Shown here: positions 12,533 to 24,875 of the stretch, piece after piece | Numbering within the stretch: the stretch's first letter is position 1 | How the letters are laid out: every line of letters begins with the position of its first letter | Assembly (NCBI GenBank): GCA_003971905.1 | Contig: RSEE01000047.1 | Coordinates: 248,001-312,000, forward strand | Direction: 5' to 3' | From: Moniliella sp. 'wahieum' | Lineage: Eukaryota | DNA length: 64,000 bases | Notes under the pieces: generated by a model | What the model was told of the DNA's origin: nothing | The model's input: only the letters and a program-made list of their open reading frames with translations | The model's database searches: none | Translations under genes and position numbers: made by a program

Positions 12533-12751
12533 CTGTTGCATTGAAGATTGGACTAGCGTCAGGAGCTTACACGAAGCTATCTCTGACTGTTCCCATCTCT
12601 TTTGTGCACAGGTGAGCATCCTGTTCTTTCTCTGCCTGTTCTCCTCCTTCTGGCGTTTGGCCTTCTTCTCTGCTGTTGCATTGAAGATTGGACTAGCGTC
12701 AGGAGCTTACACGAAGCTATCTCTGACTGTTCCCATCTCTTTTGTGCACAG
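12533..12751. repeat. direct repeat: two identical ~79-bp copies, period 140
   Basis: ctgttgcattgaagattggactagcgtcaggagcttacacgaagctatctctgactgttcccatctcttttgtgcacag starting at ~12533 and ~12673. Confidence 0.92.
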
Positions 12752-12777
12752 TTTACTCTGTTGCACTAGTCCTTGGT

Positions 12778-12996
12778 CCATTGGAAGCTCGTAGCTATCC
12801 CGGTCCAACGGACGAGAGTTCTGAGTTCTTGGCCCATTGGAAGCTCGTAGCTATCCCGGTCCAACGAACGACAAGCTCTCAGTTCTTGGCCCATTGGAAG
12901 CTCGTAGCTATCCCGGGTCCAACGAACGACAATCTCTCAGTCCTTAACCCATTGGAAGCTCGTAGCTATCCCGGCGTTAACGGACGAAAGCTTCCG
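12778..12996. repeat. four-unit ~56-58-bp minisatellite with invariant 26-bp core
   Basis: CCATTGGAAGCTCGTAGCTATCCCGG four times, separated by related 30-32-nt linkers. Confidence 0.92.
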
Positions 12997-15900
12997 AGCG
13001 TTCTCCGGTGACCGACTCCTCGTCCTCACCCATCGATCGCTCCGCACGTACCCCCGTGCCTTGCCCAATTCTTACACTTTTCTCTTTGCGCTCCTCAACT
13101 GATTCAGAATCCCGTCTCACCTTTTTTCGGGTCATGCATCATTAATGTTTAACACCATTGATGACTCGCTCACACACATACGCGCCTTTACGCTGCCCTC
13201 ATTGGCCTGCTCATATACTATCCTGTATCACACTTCTATATAGCCACCCTCCCGCGAAGAGGGTCTTCGATGTTTGGTATTGAAGTACTTAAATTACAAG
13301 CTCTACGAAGCTTTAAGCTTGAAAGCGGGCCAACCCCTGTGTGATGACTATGACTGGGTAACATGGTAACATGGACAATAGTTAATCGACCGTCACCGTC
13401 ACCAGCGTCACTCCCCCTCAGGCCTCATTCTCGAGCCGCGATACGGTCTGAGATCTGTGAGTCTAAAAAGTACTAAGTACTGAGAGAACTGTTGCCACGT
13501 GTGTCAGTTTGAGTTGAATAATGAGACTGAAGAAGAGTATACTGTGAGCGCGTATGACTGAGTGCTGCTGAGTTCAGCATTCAATATTCACGGTATATCG
13601 CGATCAGCTCGATCATCTCGATCAATATGATCAATCGATTATCAAACACAGCATGTTATATTGCCTTTATACACACCACTGCACTTCTTCTATTGCTGAT
13701 GCATCAGTACATGGTGGTAATAATATATTAGTGACGCTGGAAAACAAGATGTTCCGACGGTGTGATTAGACCCCCTGACCGACTTGAGGCCGAGGCCATC
13801 CTGACCCATGTGTGCCTGACCCTTCTAGCTATCGATTCCAGGCCTGGTATGTCCGAGGAATCGTCAGATAGCGAGCACTATCGATTGCTCGCTCCGAGTG
13901 ATTGGCCGGCGATCGCAATGTGCAGAAAGAGGGAGAGAGTCTGAAAGCATCTCTATTAAGACACTACGCTCCCGGCTCCCGCCTCAGTGGAGGGGAGAGT
14001 CGAACCCTAAAGGAACGCCTGCTCTTGTGCTGCCAGAGCTTGAGTTCTGCTACGCCACCTCATTGACCATTTCCGATCATTAATATATGTTCAACGAGCG
14101 AGAGAGGGCCGCACAAGGGAACAGTCGGACGGTGATCGACACCGGCCTGTGCATGCAACTGTTGTCCGCAGCGCCAAAATCTGCCTGCTGCCAGATGCTG
14201 TCGGAGCTCGCGTTGCAAGAGAAGAAAAGTCAACGCTTGAGAATGAGTAGAAGCCCCCTCCTCACCCAGCATCACCTGTGCGGAAATGATCTACCGAGAC
14301 TCATAGCGCCAAGGGCATTATCAGTCGGGCGTTCGAAACCCAATATGATGTGTATTGTCCATTGGTGGTTGCTAATATAATGGGTTGTGGAGCCCATCGT
14401 GCTGATGGTCGAGTGTATATAGCATCGGTATCCAGAGAGGCCAACCCAAAGCTGGGAAAATTCAACATATTACTAGTATAGATTTCACCAACGCTTTCAA
14501 CACTGTGTGTGCGCCATCGCACTCTCTCGCCAATTGAACGCGCTCCACCGCTATACATGGCCCACACTTTTTCTTCATCGGAGGGCCAGTGAATCTATGG
14601 TACCTCTACCCAGCTTGTTGCTTCAGATAGAAACCCCAAAGGAGTCATCATGTGTGCGCGAATGTGTTGAACGGGAGGGGGGGGGGATCCAGAGGGGTTC
14701 GTTGTCTTTTAGGTACTTTAATTTGTGAGGACATAATGTTTGTCGCCTCTGTCGTCGCTTCAGGAGAAGGTGACGGAGAACTGTGAGGCAGAACATGCCT
14801 AAATGATGGCATTACCCTCCAGAAACACCTCAGTTATTGTGGCAATACTGTCCTCACCAACTTTTTGTCTCCTAATTTCCTCACCATATGCAGTGAGGGG
14901 GCGAGATGGACGATGTGTTGGCCACAATGTTGACGCTTTCCCATTTTTGAAGTTTCGACGGATTTGAGAGGGACGAGAATCCCAAGGGACATAGCAGGAG
15001 AGACTATCACTATTACATGTTCATGATCCTGACCCTTGGGAGGGAGGATGTGACTTCCCACTCCACTAGGACATTGAGCCCCTCTGCTGGGCATGCTGCG
15101 GGGCATGGTGTTTCGACTGTTGGAGCAACAAATCGGAAAGAACTTCAGAAGTACCAGGGACCCACTCAAGTGCCATTTTCGTTCTTCCCCTTGGTAAAGA
15201 CGACGCTTGGGATCTACAACACTCAGACAGTCAACAAGATGTTTCGCCACTGTGCACATGGTGTGGTTCATCCCTCACACACATGATGTCTACTACGCTC
15301 ATTCATGTGCAACACTCGCGCTACAATTGTGCTTTGGAAGCGAATGTCGGGGGTAGAGAGTGTCGAACTACTGGGGAGTCAACTGGTCCTTGGATTGTAT
15401 GGGCTGGTGCAACTTTACCACCGTCCATTGACCACAGCTTCTAATGACCAGATATGTTGGTCTTGCAGTTTCCTCTTCTGGGGCGAGGGTATTCACTGCC
15501 TTCTCTCGAAGTGCCGTTTCCTTCGGCGATGGGGGTCTCGATTGCCGTGCAACATTTTACAGTATCCAGCCAGTTTCCTTGCTGCAGATTCTGCTGTACG
15601 CCACCGTGTTGAGTTGTTACCGTGACAGAGGACTCGTCCCATATAATACCGTTTGATGCCGTATATATATAACTGCCTGTGCGTCTTCACCCGCGCCTCA
15701 TCCTTCTGTTGTGTGACGAAGACACTCTCCGCGGTATGCGCGATCCTAACAATCGCATCTTTATAGGATGTCGCTTGCCTGGGCTCCTTGAATGGCCTGG
15801 GCCACTCCGGGGCACTCGTTGGGGTTTATGAGCCTCAGAGAGGTGTTCGATGTCGATGAGGTCGATAGGTCGTGAGGCTGAGGGACCCAATGCGTGATAC

Positions 15901-18900
15901 ATGGAAGTGACGTGTGACGCCGGCAGTGGTGCCGGCAGTGGGGTCGTGTGGCAAAGGGGCAACACTTGGCTGGCGCAGTGCGGCGTACAGGCCCACGCGC
16001 TGTTGGCGCGCGTGCCACGCGTTTACCACGTTTAATTACCCTGTTGCCGAAGCTGAACTCCTGTCTTTGGGCTTCGCCCGTTTTATGTGGCCTGCCCCAG
16101 TGCTCGCCGCCCCCCCCTCAGCCCCCAGCTCCCAGCCCCACCTTCTTCCGCCTGTCTGCCGCACCTGTTCTTTGCTGCTTGCTACACATTCATCGACCGC
16201 CACACCGCCTCGCTTTGTCTACTGTCTCCCGTCCACATCCACACCGAGCGCAACATCTCTCTCTCCCCATCGTCGGCTTTCGCCTCAACAACAGACAATG
16301 CCTTCCAACATGCTCACCCCTCCGCCATGGGGTACCAGAACCCCTATCTGTCGCGACACTCCCCGCCCGTCTCGCCCAAGTCATTGGGCTACCCATGCAC
16401 CTGTTGACGACGGTAACAACGCTTCTTCCCTACTAGCTTCCCCTTGCGCCTCGTTGGCCCCTCCTCACCCCGAGCCAATGCCGCCTTATCACCAACTGCA
16501 TCCTTGCCCTTCTCCACGTCCAAGTTCGAGTGCTGCATCCTCAACGCTAGCTGCCCTATTGGGGTTCGATACTTCGTCTTTCTCATGTACACCCACCTCC
16601 CTGACTGACAACACCATGTTGAAGGGAACCTCCCTACCGTCGCTTGCGTCATTTCTCTTCTCCGGAACCAATCCCTGGTGGCACCGCACCTTCGACCTGT
16701 TCACATGGGGAGGATGAACTTGAACAGCTGATTTTCCAGTTTGAGGCGCAATGTATGCCCCATCAAGGCATCTATCTTCCGCGCTACTATCCCACGCGAC
16801 CGCCTCCCCCTGGCTCTCCGTCGAACTACCATCCCAAAAGTCGTCTGGTCCAACACTATACTGTGGGACCACCCCACTATCTTCCCCTCCCGATGAACCC
16901 TTACCCAAGCTACCTTACGCTCAGGAGGAGCAGATGGGCCCTCCATCATGCTCCCCTGGTGAAGGGGACTACATTCTCCACTGGCGGCTTCAAGTCCATC
17001 ATGCCCATCTTGTTGATCCGCCCCATCGGCCATACTGGGCTTGACTATCTTCTACACACCATGCTGCACTCTCTCTATCATCATTTTGTCTTGAGCTTCT
17101 ATATAGCATACTCCATCACCTGTCTAGATTTTCTATTGGGATGGCTATATCCCCCAACGTTGGGTATCGACTCGAGTTTTCCACATAACTTCTTATAAAC
17201 AGACTACTTTTTTCGACTCCTGATGTATTTTCTAGTCTTATTTTCGTAATGGTGTTTAAACTCTGATCGACCCCCCCGCCCGACCTTCTTTGACGTATCC
17301 GCTATACACAAGCACTCACATGGACCAAAACGTCCAAATATGCAGACAAAAGGGCTAGTGGTACCACATTATACACAACAGGAACAATGACCCTTGGAGA
17401 TGAAGTGACAGTGTGGCTTTGGACACGCAGGGAAGAAAACACCCACATCCTACTATACGACATAGCTAATCGAAATTTCTTGTGCACAATCTTGTGGGCC
17501 TTGCCCACCTTGAATTTTGTACGTATAGTCCTCACATATCCGTAACCTTGTTACCAGCGTTTTCGATTAGCTATGTACTGTTACCCATTAGTAGAGAGTC
17601 TGGGGGGCTCTTTCCCATCATATGCCTGGTAATTCAACTGTGACGACGTCAAAGAAGAAGGGATACGATTCCATGCAATCCACATCGAAAGATTCCCCAC
17701 AAAGACGTAACCACCATATATGGGCAGAGGTAAATACGCTGAGAGTATGTTTGGAAAGTGTTTTGGAATTTCTTCGTTCGTCAAGGTATTCTGCACTATC
17801 ATTATGTCTCGGGCGGGGGCAGTCAGGCTATTAGTAGGCTTTTGCCCGAAGAGTGTATAGGCCGTCGCCGCGGTACAATCCCTTTTTCAGGTACGAATAT
17901 TAATGGTCGAGATTCACGGTATTTCGTACTTAGACTTGTTGACGGATGTTAGCGGGGATTGGGACAAGAAATAAAGGCCTGTCGGCGCAAAGCAGAAGAG
18001 GTTACTTTTGAGGTGTGTGATGAGGCTGCGTAGGCACCGGTCTGGGGGAAGTATAGTGTCTGAAGCGGTCGTACTCGGGGACGGCGAAAGAGGCAGCGCG
18101 GGGATTAACACTCTGTTCCCCACAGTTGTCATGGACAGAGAAGCGGGAACTGGAAAGCTTCCCAGATGGGACCTAGAAAAGCCAGAAAACCCAGTGAAGG
18201 GCAATCTCAAGCTGCATATGGCAAGAAAACTGAAAGGCAAGACGAACAAGCGTAAGGGCCGTGATGAGGAGGTAACTTTGAGGAGATTTGCCAGTGCACC
18301 GTATGGATAGACAAAGATGGAGACACCAATACATTGGAGAAGACAGGAGTGAAGACGCCGATGTTGGGTCGTGGGGGAAAACCACGAAACATTGCTTACA
18401 TACAGGGATTAAAAGAGATGAGGGAAACAACGCGGTAGTAATAGACTCTCGAGAGAACAGGGGTAGACCAAAGGAACTGGGGAGCAGCCTCACAAGGGAG
18501 ACCGTTCCCGCGTGGGGAACAAAAAGGAAACAACGGGGGGTTTGCACGGCTCTCTATGCTGAGGACGAAACATATGGGTAACAAAACATCAGGTAATAAG
18601 AACAGAACATAACAAGCAGATAGGGGGGGGCTGCCGCCCCAAAAGGAAGGATACGTGGATTAATATGGCCGCTCGGGCCACCACCAGACAAGGCGCGACC
18701 GCTTTACGAAAAAGGGATTTGGTTGGCGTTAGGAAGAGGGGGCGTGTTAAAAGACTGTGGACAAAACATCACAGGCTTTAGATCTTTTGGATCGGATCGA
18801 GTCCCCGCGTAGGCCCGTAACGACACTCTTCTGCCCCCGTGTCTCCCTCTCTCTCCCCTGCACAAAACACACAGCCATACATACACCACTATATAGCCTT

Positions 18901-20356
18901 TCAGGTACTATGGTGAAATGACGTCTTTCGGCGACGCGGCGCGCAAAGTCTCACAGTACATTCATATATGCATTTTTCTAGGCGACGTATTTGAAGCGAC
19001 TGATATGGTGTACCGATGGAAGTGTGGGTGGGGCCCCAGCTGGAACTGGTCCGATCGTCCCTAGTGTGGGAAGATGGCTCATGTGCTCATGGGGCGGGGT
19101 TAATGGAACACCCTATACAACCCAATGTCCACGGCGGTCGCAACTTGAGCTTGACCGTTCACCGTATTCTTCAGCGTACATTACTGTTGACGTCAATCTA
19201 ATTGTGGCAGCATGTGGCAAGCGACACGTAGCGGCGAAGCGTGTCGCGTTCACTGAGCGCTGAGTCCCCGCAGTCCTGGATGTCACATGTCATCGCTCAG
19301 GCGCTCAGGCTGAGCTCGCTGAGCCTTGAGCTGAGCCTCATTCTCAGGTCAAGCGGCCAGGTGAGCGAGGTGAGCGGTGCCGGTAGCGCTCAGACTGAGC
19401 GCTAGGCCGCTCAAGCTGAGCGGCGATGTGGTCGCGTCATCCGCGTCATCGATCATCTGTGACGCTTTCCAGCCCCGCCGGCAGTCGCACGGCACGCAGG
19501 CACGAGCGAGCAAGCGGCCTGGTTACATACTGCCCCGCGGACGAAACATGACTCAGCCGCGGCCGCCACAGCCGCAAAAGATCTCGCTTTCGCCCATGAT
19601 TAAATGATTCTGATGAATGATTAATGACCCCTCCCCCACAGCCATCTCTGGGCAATGATGTCACTGGGAAGACAAGATCAAGCCTCAACCAACCGGCTTC
19701 AACCCCTCAACGATGATCAACAACCCCAACACGACGGAGAGAGGACACCTGGGGCGCGGTTACAATGCGCAGTAGCTTCTCTCGCTCTCAGAAAGAACTG
19801 CTACATCCTGCCGGTGGGACCGCCGTACGGATAATGCCGATGGTGATGACGGTGAAGGGTGCTGTCCTCAAGCTACAAGGCCCTTGCCCTCCTCTCTCTC
19901 CGGGGCCTGACTAATGTCTTTTTCACTATAGCCACTGTCTTGAAGAGCGCTGCGCATGCACCTCCCCCACCCTCATCGATCATCCTCCTTGATCGCGCGT
20001 CTGTGCTAACGCTAAACGCGCTGAGCGCCTGGGCGCAGACCCCGCCCCAAGCACCACTTTATTTGTGGCGGCAGGGACGCCCTGTGGTGGAGTGCCACCT
20101 CGCGCTCATTGCTGGCCAACAGGGAATGCCAACTCGCTTCTGTGTGGACCACATCGCACTAGGCTGTCGCCGTCTGTTGGACAAATGTCGAAGTGCACAG
20201 TGCCCTCGTGCACGCTCGTGCTGTCCAAAGGGTTAGACATCCCCCGACCGCGCTCGTTCCTGTTCCTCCATGTAAGGCACCCAAGGTGGCATATATAACC
20301 CCAAGCCCTGGAGGACGATCGCTCGTGTTTGCACCCCCCGTACCCAACCTGCCACC

Positions 20357-22647
20357 ATGACCTCGCAACCGCATACTAACGATGTGCAGGAGGACCCTAT
20401 TCGTCCAAACCCGAACACCGCCCCCACCACCTCCCCTCCGCCTACGTACTCCCCGCCGACGTCTCCGACCAACCATGGGCGCAGACGTAGCATCCCTGCG
20501 ACTGCCATCAGTTTCCTCTTCCGACCTGGAGACATGACAGACCAGACGGCTCCCCCACCCGAGGCACTGGACATGGGCCGTGTGGGTACGACGGGAACAG
20601 CAGCCACGGTTGCCACGGCCGCCAGCCAGCCAACTGAATTCCCCGAAGAGAAGCCTCCTGAGTGGCATGAAGATCCGACTCCCCCAGCGCCTGGGTCGGA
20701 CTCGGAAACTTCCCGCGAGAAGGCCGAAGCTCCAAACCAGGGTACTGTGGAGGACGCAGGACTGACGGCATTCCAGTACCCCGATGGACGGGTTAAGATT
20801 CACCACCCGGGGCTGGGCGAGCGGTTGCGGACCTATTATCCACACGAGATCAAGCGTATCGGGGGCAAAAACGATCTGCTCAAGTCGAATGCCGAAAAGG
20901 CAATTGAAGGAGAAGCCCAACTGAAGCCCGACGAGGATGGTAAGATCATTCTCAGTGAGCGAGCGGGCTACCTGGCGACGGGCTACTCCTTCCCTACCTG
21001 GAAAAAATGGATGGCTCTCTTCTACGGCTCTGATTCAAGTCTCGATGAATTACAACACGTCGTGTTACTCGAACGCCGTACCGGGAATCGTGAAGAAGTT
21101 TCACGTCAGCCCCCAGGCCGCGCGTGTTGGCCAAATGATTTACCTAGTCGCCTACAGCTTCGGTTGTGAGTTATGGGCGCCGTGGTCAGAGGTTTATGGC
21201 AGGAAACCCATCCTCCAGTTATCTTTGACACTTGTCAACAGTGCGTATGACCCCCCCCCTCTCCCACAGACTGCTGCGCTCTCTCTAAGAGTATGTATCG
21301 CTGACTTGTTTGGATTTCGGTAGGCTTCACTATTTTGGCAGCATTGGCGCCCAACTTTGGTTCAATTGTGTCTCGTTTCTTCTGTGGTCTCTTTACAGCC
21401 AATGGTGGTGTAACGCTCGCCGTAGTGGCCGACTTGTTTGAGCCAGACGAGCAGCAGTACGCTCTGGCGTTCATGGTGCTCTTTCGTGTTTTGGCGTTTC
21501 TGGTGGCGCGTTTATCGGTGGCTTTGTTGGCATGCCAGGCGTGCCCCTTGTGTGGAATTTCTGGGTTCAACTCTGCTTTAACGGTCTCGTTCAACTTCTC
21601 CATTTTTTCATCGTACCCGAAACGCGATCCACTATCCTTCTTGACCGTGAGGCCCGTCGCCGTCGCCGTGCCGGTGAGGCAAACATTTGGGGGCCTGACG
21701 AGGCAAAAGGGAGCCTCAACATCAAATCTCTGGCGACCCATTGGATCCGTCCGTTTGAGATGTTTGTCCGGGAGCCTATCGTCCTCTTCTGTTCTCTCCT
21801 TTCGGGCTTTAGCGACATGCTCATCTTTATTTTCCAAGAGAGTTTCAGCTTGGTCTTTGGTCAGTGGAAGTTTGGTGTGATCGAGGTGGGCCTCGCTTTC
21901 ATTCCCGTCCTTCTCGGCTACGTTATCGCTTGGGCAATCTATTTGCCGCGCTTTGCTTGGGAGCTTAAGCAACGCAAGCGCGACCGGCACGCGCTGATGC
22001 CCGAGGCCCGTCTGGTGTTGCTTCTCTTCCTATGCCCTTGGGAGACAATGGGACTGTTTGGTTTTGCCTGGACTTCGCTCGGCCCACGCCACTCCCACTG
22101 GATTGCTCCCATGATCTTCAGTGCGCTCATCTCGATGGCGAACTGGTCGATCTACTTTGCAACAGTATGTTTTTTTTTCTACCGTTCAATGTGGCTCCAC
22201 AGTTTCTGACGTCTTTGTTCCAGGTTGATTATATGATTGCAGCTTACGGTCCATACAGGTGCGTTCACGTTTCGTACATCCTTTGAGAGGTTGGATATCT
22301 GTTACTGACACCGAACTCTCCACAGTGCCAGCGCGTGCGGAGGAAATGCCCTTGCGCGCGATTTCCTCGCAGGCATTTCCGCCATGTTTGCTGTGCCCAT
22401 GTACGACAAGATGGGTTACGAGTGGGCGACAACCTTACTTGCTTTCGCTTCGGTCCTGATCATCTTCCCGATCTATATTCTTTACCTCAAGGGCCCCACA
22501 GTGCGGGAGAGATCGATCTTTGCCCAAACTCTGGCCGCTGGGCGAGAGCAGAACGACGGTAAGAACGTCGACTACGATGAGGATGTGGAAGCGGGCACGG
22601 TCTACACTCGCCGCAGGCGGATCACGCCGACGGTGTCGGTCGCGTAA
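20357..22647 (+). CDS. MFS multidrug transporter, DHA1 family
   Basis: GCELWAPWSEVYGRKPILQLSL, GGVTLAVVADLFEP, VPETRSTILLDREARRRR, RPFEMFVREPIV, PEARL, WIAPMIFS, MYDKMGYEWA; introns near 21241-21323, 22164-22223, 22259-22325; frameshifts. Confidence 0.92.
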
Positions 22648-23424
22648 TTGCCTGTTTTCTCCTTTTACCTACCGCCCTTTTGGGCTTTTTGTTACGATGT
22701 CATAGCCACTCCTCTTGTTAGTTTGGCTCCCCCCCACCTCGGTTTGTATATCTATACTCTTCTAAACACGTCTACTGCACACATCGTATAAATCCCCTTC
22801 ATTCTCATCGATGGTATATAGTCTTTTCGCGAGTATCATCAGATATCGTATTACCTGTGTTGTAATGATGATGTGGGCCCCCGGACGATCATAATATTGC
22901 CTGACGGAGACCGAAAGTGAGCCAGGCCTCTAACTTGTCGGCCAAGAGGACTTGGCGTAGGTCTGAAGAGCGAGTTTCAAACCAAATAGTCGTCCCCTCT
23001 GCCTTATGCTGGTGGTATCCTCCCTCTGTACTGAGTCCTACTGGTAGCGAGGCCGTTGTGCATCATCGTATTCTCATCATTCTGAACCCTTTACACTCCC
23101 CACTGTACCGACATTCAGTCTTCCGACAATTGTCCCACAAATTTGTGCTTCTGCCACTGCTCCCTTTTTTCGTCGCGCGCTCTCCCTATAATAGCCAAGA
23201 TTGGAGAGGGGGTTGGGTCTTTATTCAACACGATGGAGGAAGAGTCCAGTGAAAAGTTTTTAATAGCGACGCCGTCAAGAAGTTTCATATTCGCAAAATA
23301 CTGGAGCTCCGACAGACACTCCGATACTGCTTGGGGGTATCGCAGGGGACTGCTTGGAAAAGTATTGGCTGCGTCAGACCATTTCAGCTGCTTGCCACCA
23401 TGTCCAGTTTGCTTGCCGGCGCCC

Positions 23425-24213
23425 ATGTCCACCCCCGATTCTGACACGGAAAGTTCGCTCTTTGGGGGTGATGATTCCGAGTGCGACTCAGAACACGAGC
23501 AGGGCACCCATCGCCTTGCAGTGGGGGCAGAAGCGCCCCCGCCCTTGTGGCTGAGCAGGTGACCTTCCCGCTGGGTTTGGGAGATGGATGGACATGGCCT
23601 AGTTGGCTGCCCGAGATCAAGGGGTTGTACTACTTGCCGACTGTGCTTAGCCTGGACGTCCAAGGCGCAGTGCTGGATTCCCTGGTTGCGGCGGACTTGC
23701 TGGATAAGACGCGGGACCAAGCCATGGTTCCCGCGATGGGACGGCGGCTTGCCGTGCTGGGCTGAGACGCTTGTTGGGCATCTGAAGGAGGGTCTGCGCG
23801 GCTTGCCAGAGGACGTGTACCAGCTCCTGTTCCCACCGGCGGGGGAGGCGCGTCGTTTGCGGCAGCTCATCGTAAATGCGTATGCACCAGGACAAGGGAT
23901 CCGGGACCACGTCGACCTGCTGGACCGGTTCGACGACGGAATCATTGTGTGCAGCCTGCTGGGGCCGATTGCGATGGACTTGCGCAAGATGGGCGGGGAC
24001 GAGGCCGCGGCGCTGTATCTGCGGCCGGGATCGGTGCTGGTGATGGCGGCGGAGGCACGGTACGGATGGACGCATGGCATTGCGGCGCGGCCATCGGACT
24101 GGGTGCGGCGGCGGGCGTGCGAGGAGGAGGAGGCGGTGCACGCCGCGGCCCGGCAGCCGCGCCTGTCGGTGACGCTGCGCTGGATGCGTGATGAAGGCGA
24201 GGTGTTGCGGTGA
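23425..24213 (+). CDS. AlkB-family 2OG-Fe(II) dioxygenase
   Basis: QLIVNAYAPGQGIRDHVD (HxD), IIVCSL, LRPGSVLVMAAEARYGWTHGI, RLSVTLR; 5' part frameshifted. Confidence 0.88.
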
Positions 24214-24875
24214 GGGGAGCACTGAATGAACATTGCAATGGGACACGGAGTGAGCGCTGAGCATTGAACATTGAACATTGAACATGGGACAGTGAACGTT
24301 AAACACCAGACAGAGCGGCGCCGCACACGGCTGCTGGTCACGCGGTCACGTGGGTCCGATCTTGAAACACATCCCAGAGGGGCGCGCTGAGGCGCTGCAG
24401 CCTCAGCCGGGCGCGGAGGGCGGGGGCGCAGGCACGGGGGCAGTGGCGCGCCGGCTGCCCGCCCTGGGCGGCGACCCACTTTTGATGCGTTTGAACTGCA
24501 ATCCTAATCGGCAGCCGCCACCGCGCGCCCAGTCCGCAGCCTGCCGCAGCCCCCTAAGGCCTAAGCCCAGGAGCCTCCCCCACCACCACCACCAACCATG
24601 CATGCCGCTCCCCCACCGCCTGCCATCGCCCCCTCCGACGCCGAGTCCAGCCCGCTGGTGCCCGCCGCGTCCCCTCGCCCGAGTGGCCGCCCTCCTCACT
24701 CCTTTCCCCTCCAAGCCTCCGCCCCCACCCCGCCCCCGCCCGCTTCGCCCGCCCCCACTCGCCAGCGCGCCCACGCTCTTCCTCCCGCAACCCGTCCCGC
24801 TCACCCTCCCCGTCTCGCTCTCGCTCCACCTCGCCCACACCCTCCGCTTCGTCCGCCTTTGCCTCCGCCCGCTCC

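Larger units (their letters stand above)
12400..13232. mobile_element. LTR-like element (833 bp) with internal tandem repeats
   Basis: Termini TGTGATAC...GTATCACA form a perfect 8-bp inverted repeat with TG..CA ends; no matching TSD (GGATG / CTTCT). Confidence 0.55.

Noticed and set aside
12778..12996. CRISPR-like 26-bp repeats with ~30-nt spacers
   Set aside because: Spacers are homologous to each other, the context is eukaryotic and there are no cas genes; it is a minisatellite
14834..15286. Possible RecQ/telomere-linked helicase relic (VIVIVSP, AGHGVST)
   Set aside because: The two hints lie on opposite strands and are too short to support a call
19859..20298. Small ORFs and an intron-like GT..CTAAT..TAG segment upstream of the MFS gene
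   Set aside because: No coherent reading frame or recognisable product
23115..24479. 454-aa minus-strand ORF
   Set aside because: Shadow of the GC-rich AlkB gene; Arg/Ser/Pro-rich with no motif
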